Positions 56,511 to 64,000 of a stretch of 64,000 nt of DNA are shown piece after piece; the first letter of the stretch is position 1; each line of letters opens with the position of its first letter. The notes beneath the pieces are model-generated. The model saw nothing but the letters and a program-made list of their open reading frames with translations. It had not been told where the DNA came from and searched no databases. This DNA is from a virus. Where the stretch lies: positions 32,001-96,000 of IMG/VR virus record IMGVR_UViG_3300028563_000011; one strand, given 5' to 3'. The translations under genes were made by a program, and so were the position numbers.

Positions 56511-57440
56511 TTACTGCTCGGTCAGTAATATCAACCGTCCGCAAGCTATCAACAACGGAGAGATATCTGTACTATTGTTAAAGGGGTCAGAAAAGGCACT
56601 CATAACCTCTAAAGCATGACCAGAAACCCCTTCATTGCTCGTTAGAGCTATTTTGGTACCATAAGCTACAATTATACGACGAACGGACTCAGCGTTGACT
56701 TCACTCATGCCAGAAAGGATACGTTGAACTTCCTTCCAATTTGTACCCTTAAACAAAGCCCGAGCTAACTCAATAGCAGCAGGAGAACCCTCTGCTGATT
56801 GCAGTAGTTCAGCGGCTTCTTTGGTTGTTGTAGCGGAAAAAGCAACAGCAATATTAGCCAGAAGCTGCCGAGCAGAACCTTGAGCTTCTTTAATGATTAG
56901 ATCACCAACATCCTCATTTGTACCAAAACCTTCTGCTTCTATGACTTTATCGTAGAGTTCTCCTAATACCTTATTAGGTATACTTTTTAAGTCATAACTC
57001 AAACAACGGGTCTTTACCGTTGCTGGAACCTTATTAGCCTCAGTTGTACAAAGAAACCAATAAGCGTATTCTGGGGGTTTCTCCAAAGACTTAAGAAGAG
57101 ATTGCCAAGCTGATTTCGATAACGCGTGACATTCATCAATAATAATTGCCCGAGTAGGACCGGACAAAGGTCGATACATCATATCAGTAGTGATGGAACG
57201 CATATCATCAATACCAGTAAAAGTCGCAGCATCAATCTCTTGCAGATCGGTAGGACTACAACCAACTTCATTGGCTACAATTCGAGCTAAGGTAGTCTTA
57301 CCAGTACCAGAAGGACCAGTAAAAAGGAACACTCTCCCCGCTTTACGCTTCAGCGCAGACTGAATAGACTTCACAACTGAGTCTTGTCCAACCACATCCT
57401 GGAACTTAGTTGGACGATACTTATTCAACAAATCGGTCAT
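56511..57440 (-). CDS. Clamp loader (DnaX gamma/tau-like)
   Basis: KYRP..FQDVVGQ, GPSGTGKTT, IIDECH and TRC. Confidence 0.88.
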   Translation of the reverse strand: MTDLLNKYRPTKFQDVVGQDSVVKSIQSALKRKAGRVFLFTGPSGTGKTTLARIVANEVGCSPTDLQEIDAATFTGIDDMRSITTDMMYRPLSGPTRAIIIDECHALSKSAWQSLLKSLEKPPEYAYWFLCTTEANKVPATVKTRCLSYDLKSIPNKVLGELYDKVIEAEGFGTNEDVGDLIIKEAQGSARQLLANIAVAFSATTTKEAAELLQSAEGSPAAIELARALFKGTNWKEVQRILSGMSEVNAESVRRIIVAYGTKIALTSNEGVSGHALEVMSAFSDPFNNSTDISPLLIACGRLILLTEQ

Positions 57441-57588
57441 TTTTCTCCCCTCTTAAGTTTTTCTAGGCGCTCTAATATGGTTAAAACCTTTCCAGATTCA
57501 ATCCACAGTAGTACAAGTACCAAAAGTATTAAGATGAGTAAGGTCTCAATTAAAGACATGATCTTAACACCAATCACCACTTACCGGG

Positions 57589-60156
57589 CTACCTACCTTT
57601 GAACCAAGAGTCAGAAGAGAACGTACCAAACTCAGTCATATCAGCCCAATTAGGGCCCTGTGAAAGCTCAACGGATATAGGAACATTGACAAAGTCAAAT
57701 GGAACATCCAACATAATATCCAAAATCTTTTCTGCCAATATGTCTACACGACTTTCATCAATCCGTACCCAAGTTAAGTCATCATGGACATTCAACTCAG
57801 GTTGAAGCTCAGGGTCTCCAGTTTCGGATAAGCGACACATAGCATCCATAACAATCTCAGCAGCGGTCCCCTGTATCGGGGAATTATAGACCATATTTAC
57901 GCTAAGTGGGCCATGTCTCCGTCGTCCGGTTAAGCACTCTACGTAACCATACTTATTGTAGAATTCTAATTGTTTCTGCTGCCAATTATAAACACCTTCG
58001 TATTCTTGCCAGAAAGCATCGTAGTGTGGCCTTAAAACATCCACAGGGATATTCAAATACCCCGAAGCTGATTCAATTTTTGCTCCAAAGAACAAGGGGA
58101 ACGTCCACTCATTCTTAATGTCTCCACGGAAGGTCTTCATAACCTTCTTGTCTTTAAGGAATTGCTCCCCTCCTATTCTCCTAGGGTAAGAGTAAGCAAT
58201 ACGCTCAGCCCAATCCATATGCACATCATAATTCTCCCAAAGAGCCTTACAAAATGCTCTATCCCTTGTAGCCATAGCTATAACACGAGCTTCAATCTGC
58301 CCAAAGTCAATAGCTAGGATCGTATTACCCTTTAAGGCTTTAACAATACGCCGGAGCTCCTTAAGCTCCTCAGCGCGCTTGGGCCAGTTTTGCCAATTAG
58401 GAGATTCAGCACTAAGTCTACCTGTTTCTGCAAAGATTGTATTAAATATGCCATGAGACAACCCATCAGGGTAGATAATCTCGCTACCCAACTTCATAGG
58501 TTCAATATAAGTTGACTTACACTTGGTATCCTTCCGTAAGCTAACAAGCAACTTAGCTAAGGGGTGGTTTATCTTTGCTAGAACTTCTTCATCACAAGAA
58601 TACTTTTCCTTCTTGGTAAATTTGTCAACAACAATACACTCATCACGTTTGAGCATATCGTAAAATACGTGAAGAGTATCAGGGTGTGAAGCTGGGTTGT
58701 AGTTCCTTCCAGTCTCTCTACGGAATTGTTGCACGACAGGAAGAGAAGCAATTTCTTCCTCAACCTTTTTAATTCTAGTCTCAAATTTCTGCCCAAGAAC
58801 ATTAACGGTTTCTTGGTCTATCGGAATACCCTTCATTTGGGTAAGCACAACTGTAGGCACTCTACGTAAAGACAACTCATAGACATTCATTAGGTTTTCG
58901 CGCTCTAATTCCTCCTCAAGCTGCTCCCAAAGCTTGGTATGATACTTAGAATCCAGAGCATTATAGCGTAAAACCCTATGAAGTTCTTGCTTGTCTAAAT
59001 TCTTTCTATCAACATTTGATATCTTCTTTAGGTTAAATCCAAAGTAACGCTGGACCAAAAACTCCAAAGCAAAACAACCTGGCTTACCCTTTCCTTTACG
59101 CTCATCTATAACCGACGCTGCACTTGCTGTATCCTCCCAAGGACTACAACGGAGGTACTCCTTACCAAAAAATACGCCTGTCCATTCCATCTCGAAAGAG
59201 AGATTATGGACAACCTTTACAGCTTTGGAGCGTAAAAACTGGCACCAATGATCAATAATTATTGCTTTTTGCTCAGAATTAAACTGAGCACTGCGGTGAT
59301 CGAATGGAAACGCAATACTTCTAATACCATCACTAACCGCAGCACTCAGTATCTTGGCCTTAGACTCATAAGGTCTAAGACAATTTGTTTCATAGTCTAG
59401 ACCAATAACCTTTTGAGTGGAAGCCCAACCCAACGCCTCAATTATTTTCTGAACCCCTTTGTCTCCACCTTCCAAGATTATCTCAACCCCTTCCAAGGCC
59501 TGCTCAGTGGTGTGACATTCTGGAACCGGTAACCCAACCTTAACCTCAGCAAAGGCTCGCTTCAAATCTAGAACAAAAATCCGCTCTTCTTCCGACCCAA
59601 CAACTTCCAGGGAAGAACTCTTCTTCCGACCTTGTCGTAGTAAATACGCTGGATGTGTAAAAGGGTAGTACCAACAAGTATGGTTCCCAACCCGAACAGG
59701 CATCTTACGCCCACGCCAAAGCGTTATGCCGGAAAGACCACTCACCCAATTTAGGGGGACATTACCAAAACCAAATATAGCTTCAGGCTTTGATAATTCA
59801 ATATCCCTTGTAACCGAGGGCCGACAACATTCGATCTCAACACGTTCCGGCGTACGATTTTTAGGAGGCCTACTTCTTACAGTATTGTTCCACCTTAGAT
59901 GCTTTTCCCAGTATTTAGGAACACGCGGCCGTAAAAGTTGTCCACTCTCACCTATAAATTGTATACCTTCGTCAATCTCGTCGGCACCAGGGGCTTCCCC
60001 CAACATATAAATTTTAGGGCGTAAAGAACCAGTAGGTTCCATACGCCCCGGTTGAACACGTAATGGACAAGCTTTACATTCCAACCTATGGAGTAGGCCA
60101 GCCTCCTGCTTGGAGGCTACATCTCCCGATCCTTCATCTGAAAATAGTAGCCCCAT
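57589..60156 (-). CDS. Family A DNA polymerase with N-terminal UDG-like domain (SPO1-type)
   Basis: GEAPG...HPAYLLR; DYET exonuclease; TGRLS, DFGQIEAR, NSPIQG and VHDD. Confidence 0.92.
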   Translation of the reverse strand: MGLLFSDEGSGDVASKQEAGLLHRLECKACPLRVQPGRMEPTGSLRPKIYMLGEAPGADEIDEGIQFIGESGQLLRPRVPKYWEKHLRWNNTVRSRPPKNRTPERVEIECCRPSVTRDIELSKPEAIFGFGNVPLNWVSGLSGITLWRGRKMPVRVGNHTCWYYPFTHPAYLLRQGRKKSSSLEVVGSEEERIFVLDLKRAFAEVKVGLPVPECHTTEQALEGVEIILEGGDKGVQKIIEALGWASTQKVIGLDYETNCLRPYESKAKILSAAVSDGIRSIAFPFDHRSAQFNSEQKAIIIDHWCQFLRSKAVKVVHNLSFEMEWTGVFFGKEYLRCSPWEDTASAASVIDERKGKGKPGCFALEFLVQRYFGFNLKKISNVDRKNLDKQELHRVLRYNALDSKYHTKLWEQLEEELERENLMNVYELSLRRVPTVVLTQMKGIPIDQETVNVLGQKFETRIKKVEEEIASLPVVQQFRRETGRNYNPASHPDTLHVFYDMLKRDECIVVDKFTKKEKYSCDEEVLAKINHPLAKLLVSLRKDTKCKSTYIEPMKLGSEIIYPDGLSHGIFNTIFAETGRLSAESPNWQNWPKRAEELKELRRIVKALKGNTILAIDFGQIEARVIAMATRDRAFCKALWENYDVHMDWAERIAYSYPRRIGGEQFLKDKKVMKTFRGDIKNEWTFPLFFGAKIESASGYLNIPVDVLRPHYDAFWQEYEGVYNWQQKQLEFYNKYGYVECLTGRRRHGPLSVNMVYNSPIQGTAAEIVMDAMCRLSETGDPELQPELNVHDDLTWVRIDESRVDILAEKILDIMLDVPFDFVNVPISVELSQGPNWADMTEFGTFSSDSWFKGR

Positions 60157-61196
60157 TACTCTTCATACGCGCCAAGGATATAGATCTCAGAACTCTTACC
60201 AGTCAAAATCAAAGCAGTTTTACCTATAGCAAAACTAGTAGAACACCTTGACAGTTTAGTCAGCTGCTTCAACCCCAAAGCAATCTGTTCTGTTCCCCCT
60301 TCTTTTGCTAATACCAACTTTTCGTTCAAAGAACCTTGAGCCAATTTACCAGTAACACTTAATTCCTTCTTGTTTACAGAAAGCTTAACATAATTCTCTT
60401 TAGGCCCAGCCAAAATATTAGCGCGGGATAAAGCCTCCCCAAGAAGTTCTGGAATATCAACAAAGTTGTCTGTATCAGAAGCGTGCGTGTCCAAGACATT
60501 GGGCAATTCGACAACATTCTCATTATCTAATAAGGTTGAACAAACCTGAATATCTCCTAAATTAGCTACAATCATGTCTTCAGTAAAGACAACTTCATGA
60601 CCTTCCTTTCCCAAGGAAATAAGTTGAGCAACAAATTTATGAGGCAATATCATCTTGTGAAGTTCAGGAGCAAACTTACCATCCACTTCAACCGAGGCCA
60701 AAGCCTTGGAGTCAGTAGAATACAACCCTATAAAGTCTCGACTAGGGAACAACACTACACCGTAGTGTTCCGAACGCTTGGGTTGCTCAGCCTCCAATAC
60801 ACTAACAATCTTCAACCCCTCTATAAACTCTTTCGACAGATTAAACGAGAAAGACCCAGCTTTCTGGTCTGTAAATCCCCAAGGATTACTTGACTCAGCC
60901 ATAATAGGGATAGAAGTCTTAGAGCGCCCCATTTGAACAACAAGTTCACCCTTAACTACATCCAAAAAGATCTCTTTAAGTGTTGAACTATTAACCAAAG
61001 AAAGTAAGGTACTACCTAAAACCCCACCCTTAATATCTCCTTCAAAGGGTAACCTAATCCCTAAGCCACCATCATAAGCGTAAAGATATTTACCATCAAA
61101 CCAAAAGTGTTTAAGCTCAGGTATAGCCCCACCAGAAGAGAGAGCTGGCTTTAAGCTCTTGAGAGTTTCAGAGAAAGTACTGCGATCTACGTTCAT
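60156..61196 (-). CDS. Sliding clamp (beta-clamp-like)
   Basis: Size, (A/S)(Y/T)D motifs and position beside the polymerase and loader. Confidence 0.65.
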   Translation of the reverse strand: MNVDRSTFSETLKSLKPALSSGGAIPELKHFWFDGKYLYAYDGGLGIRLPFEGDIKGGVLGSTLLSLVNSSTLKEIFLDVVKGELVVQMGRSKTSIPIMAESSNPWGFTDQKAGSFSFNLSKEFIEGLKIVSVLEAEQPKRSEHYGVVLFPSRDFIGLYSTDSKALASVEVDGKFAPELHKMILPHKFVAQLISLGKEGHEVVFTEDMIVANLGDIQVCSTLLDNENVVELPNVLDTHASDTDNFVDIPELLGEALSRANILAGPKENYVKLSVNKKELSVTGKLAQGSLNEKLVLAKEGGTEQIALGLKQLTKLSRCSTSFAIGKTALILTGKSSEIYILGAYEE

Positions 61197-61504
61197 TTGA
61201 ATCCTGTTTCTTCTGGAGTACCCATAGGTAATCCTTTACGCACATTCATAACCATACGTGCTAATTGCCTTCTACTAATACTTAATGCTCCTAACTTTAT
61301 AGCTTCCTTTCTCTTTGACTTTGTTATGTCATAATGATCCCCCTGATACCACTTACGTAAAACGCCAATACTATCCGCCATACTATGGAGTTCTTCCTCA
61401 GTATCAGCAATCATATGACACATAATATATGTCCGACCAGGAACATGTTTAAGCTTGAACTCGGCCTCCATATCGTCCACGTATACTGTCATAACGCGGT
61501 ACAA
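61193..61504 (-). CDS. DUF4031 family protein
   Basis: VYVDD...MCHMIADTEEELH..A..IG...WYQGDHYDI. Confidence 0.8.
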   Translation of the reverse strand: MYRVMTVYVDDMEAEFKLKHVPGRTYIMCHMIADTEEELHSMADSIGVLRKWYQGDHYDITKSKRKEAIKLGALSISRRQLARMVMNVRKGLPMGTPEETGFK

Positions 61505-61995
61505 TTAGCACGGTCAGTATGATGGTTTTCTTCAGTCAGAGGAACCGGCTTTGCTTCTACAGCCTGTTCAAGCTTTGCTTTTTCAAACATATCCTTTAGG
61601 ATATCCTCCGCCTTAATAAGATCTTCTTCACTAGACCACTTAGCAAGATAAAGAATTACTCTTGCTTCTTCATTTGGTAAGTCATTCGCTAATACAAACT
61701 TAGAAACTTCATGATAGATCCATTGTTGACTAAACCGGGCCGAACCTCGGAACGCAACCACTTCATACATAACAGAATGAAGCTTTTGCACAGCGTGCAA
61801 GGCTTTCTCTAAATCCTGAATACCTTCAATACCTTCCTTTTGACGCCAACGCACAAGGTACTTTGAAGCATAGCCTTCGAGATAAGACATTCCAACTCGA
61901 ACAGCAAAGTCCCAATGCTGGTAAGAAGAATTATAGTGGTTTCCACCAATTTGGTAGTTATTCGGATCAGTCACTTCATTCTCCTTTCCATCCAC
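61489..61995 (-). CDS. DUF3310-like (putative nucleotide kinase) protein
   Basis: QIGGNHY...G.ASKY..R...K.G...DLEKA. Confidence 0.7.
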   Translation of the reverse strand: MDGKENEVTDPNNYQIGGNHYNSSYQHWDFAVRVGMSYLEGYASKYLVRWRQKEGIEGIQDLEKALHAVQKLHSVMYEVVAFRGSARFSQQWIYHEVSKFVLANDLPNEEARVILYLAKWSSEEDLIKAEDILKDMFEKAKLEQAVEAKPVPLTEENHHTDRANCTAL

Positions 61996-63053
61996 TCAAC
62001 AACTGCTAATTTCCAATCTGGAGCTATCTTTGAAGCTTTAATACCCTCTAAAGCCTTAAGGCGGTCCCCTGAACGCCACAACTCATACCCTTCAAACAAA
62101 GGCGAAGCCGTATTCGTAAACCAACTATTATAGTAAGTTATAGGAGGTTCCAACTTATACACCCGTAACACTCGGCCCCCTCTAGTACCCATAAAGCACA
62201 TAAGATCTCTGTCAAACTTATCGGGAACTGTAACTATTGGAGTTACTCCCTCATCATAGTAGTTATTGAAGTTATACCCCAAAGTTGTCTTAAATTCCCT
62301 GACCACCCCCTTCACCTTATGCAAGATGTGCTCATAAATGTGGTAATTATTAGAAACTTGGTAATAGTAGCCAATTCCAACACCAATTCTAGCGGCCATG
62401 TATTCTTGCAATACCGAAAAATGTACTGCATTTGCGCCGTATGCTCCCCAAACAATATCATTTGAACGACAACACACTGTTATATCTAACTTAGATTGAG
62501 TATACCCCCCAATAAAATTGGCCACCTCCTCTTCAGTATCTCTAATCCTAAAATAAATATGTGTGTTACACGGTAAGTCCTTTTTCTTTGCCCCAAGATC
62601 AGCTACTGGATCCCACATTGTAAGAACCGCTTGACGACTCTTCGGATCTGCTCGCAACAACTCCACAATAGTATTAAGCTGGTCTGGAAGACAAGGATGA
62701 CCGCCGGCATCAAGATCAAAATGATTCCTCCAACGAAAACCATAAGCTCCATGCTGTATCCCCCCCTCTTCAGCAAAACGTGAAGAAAAATCCTTCACAA
62801 AGTAATCTAACCAACGAGCATCATTACTCCCACTTAACATCCATAAACTCTCCATCAAATGAAAGAATGGATTAGCATCTCGAATTGGGGAAAGTAATAC
62901 CCTCTCCTGAGAGTTGTGATAAACCGTTGTAACCGGGCAAGGAGAGACCAATACCCTTCCTACTCTAGAATCCTCATAATGACCCTCAGTCAATAGGTAT
63001 TCAATCCCCATCGGCAAGGCTTCACGAACGTTCCGTACATGTATAACTCTCAT
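61971..63053 (-). CDS. Thymidylate synthase homologue, probable dUMP hydroxymethylase
   Basis: RDANPFFHLMESLWMLSG, SRQAVL.MWD, DLPCN, RSNDIVWGAYGANAVHFS and NYHIY. Confidence 0.85.
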   Translation of the reverse strand: MRVIHVRNVREALPMGIEYLLTEGHYEDSRVGRVLVSPCPVTTVYHNSQERVLLSPIRDANPFFHLMESLWMLSGSNDARWLDYFVKDFSSRFAEEGGIQHGAYGFRWRNHFDLDAGGHPCLPDQLNTIVELLRADPKSRQAVLTMWDPVADLGAKKKDLPCNTHIYFRIRDTEEEVANFIGGYTQSKLDITVCCRSNDIVWGAYGANAVHFSVLQEYMAARIGVGIGYYYQVSNNYHIYEHILHKVKGVVREFKTTLGYNFNNYYDEGVTPIVTVPDKFDRDLMCFMGTRGGRVLRVYKLEPPITYYNSWFTNTASPLFEGYELWRSGDRLKALEGIKASKIAPDWKLAVVEWMERRMK

Positions 63054-63337
63054 TGAAACAAATCCTCTTTATAACTTGAGATACCACCTTGTTCAGTACA
63101 ACGTACCCCTAACCTAAAAGGAAGGAGATCAAAACGCCAGTACTCCTTATGGCCACACTGACTACAATGACAAATCTCTACATTTTCATACTGAGAAAGA
63201 ACCCAAATATCAGGTTGGTCTTTCTGATAAGCCCATAACTTACAGTTGGGACATTTTGGGGAGACTCCAGACAAATCTCGGATTTTGCCTTCCACATACT
63301 TCTTTACCCATCGCCAAAATTTAACATTCAAAAACAT
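63050..63337 (-). CDS. Zn-ribbon hypothetical protein
   Basis: CPNC...CSQC. Confidence 0.5.
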   Translation of the reverse strand: MFLNVKFWRWVKKYVEGKIRDLSGVSPKCPNCKLWAYQKDQPDIWVLSQYENVEICHCSQCGHKEYWRFDLLPFRLGVRCTEQGGISSYKEDLFQ

Positions 63338-63873
63338 GGATTCCCTCTCACTTTAGCCATATACTTAATAACATTATCAGCGTCTTCCACCATCCTATTC
63401 ATAGTAGAAAGCATGTTCTGTATTGAATCCTCAACATCATGAATAATTGGTAACGCATACTTATTCCCCATATTCAGTTCAACCCTACCACATTCCCAAA
63501 GATCTAACAAATCACACAACTTAACCCTTACTTTATACAACCGCCAACTAGGATCATTCTCAAAATTAGAGACATCTCCTCCCATTGCTTCTATACTTTG
63601 CTTCTCGATACGGTCATGTTCCTCCTTAAACACAGGATTCTTACTCTTTACCGGGTAAGGAGCATCCCCAGAAACTATTTCCCCACAATCATGCCAAAGA
63701 ATGTAATTACTTACTTCCGGAGGCATCATACCCCATATTTGGGTATAAATCCTCATGACCTGGAATACATGTTCTCCAACCGTTTGCCGGTGATGAACTG
63801 GCCAAGTATGGTAACGCAAAACCTGGCCTGCAAACCTAGCTGTCGTAAGAAAAGCTTGGCGAGTTAATCTCAT
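63328..63873 (-). CDS. HD-domain 5'-deoxynucleotidase (YfbR-like)
   Basis: RYH...TVGEH, HDCGE..GD and KLCD. Confidence 0.8.
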   Translation of the reverse strand: MRLTRQAFLTTARFAGQVLRYHTWPVHHRQTVGEHVFQVMRIYTQIWGMMPPEVSNYILWHDCGEIVSGDAPYPVKSKNPVFKEEHDRIEKQSIEAMGGDVSNFENDPSWRLYKVRVKLCDLLDLWECGRVELNMGNKYALPIIHDVEDSIQNMLSTMNRMVEDADNVIKYMAKVRGNPCF

Positions 63874-63883
63874 TAAACACCTT

Positions 63884-64000
63884 TTAGTAAGCTGTTTCTG
63901 GTCTGTATTTAGACCGAGGACGACCCTCCCCGTTCTTTACCCTTAGGTATTTGTCAGCCTCACAAAGACAATTTTGAAGATCCATCAAAGTAATATCCTC
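63884..64000 (-). CDS. C-terminus of aGPT-PPlase1-like DNA hypermodification enzyme (partial)
   Basis: EDITLMDLQNCLCEADKYLRVKNGEGRPRSKYRPETAY*; the LCExDKYxR...GEGRPR motif. Confidence 0.7.
   Translation of the reverse strand, partial: EDITLMDLQNCLCEADKYLRVKNGEGRPRSKYRPETAY

Noticed and set aside
165-63867. All plus-strand ORFs in the track (e.g. 29868..30497, 54722..55216)
   Set aside because: They are antisense shadows of well-supported minus-strand genes, with no recognisable motifs
1-64000. Stop-codon reassignment
   Set aside because: Long genes translate intact in the standard code, all three stops are used, and there is no suppressor tRNA

Overview
This 64 kb window is part of a tailed dsDNA phage genome (siphovirus-like), with essentially every real gene on the minus strand. 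The host is probably alphaproteobacterial, given a GcrA-like HTH, a DUF3309-like membrane protein and a class II RNR. In transcription order (right to left) it carries: (1) a thymidine-hypermodification and replication block (partial aGPT-PPlase, HD hydrolase, thymidylate-synthase homologue, clamp, UDG-fused Pol A, clamp loader, SSB, RecA, RfaH-like NusG, intein-containing NrdJ); (2) terS, tRNA-Thr, terL and a GIY-YIG endonuclease; (3) a greatly extended portal, tRNA-Leu and a glycosyl/methyltransferase cluster; (4) MuF, an Acb1-XkdF protease fusion, accessory head proteins, scaffold and capsid; (5) tail and fibre genes. Two observations stand out. First, 14 copies of an NPxHDxxG(R/K)F / PRDxxG(R/K)W-type tag occur in 7 head and packaging proteins, nearly always just after a hydrophobic-x-Lys site that also recurs throughout the scaffold. 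Downstream of these tags lie ADP-ribosyltransferase-like, zeta-toxin, GNAT-like and repeated hydrophobic helical modules, suggesting protease-processed, capsid-loaded effector polyproteins. Second, two copies of a structured RNA with compensatory base changes and a possible loop-loop pairing flank one tagged gene between terS and tRNA-Thr. All protein calls come from motif recognition by eye, not from database searches.
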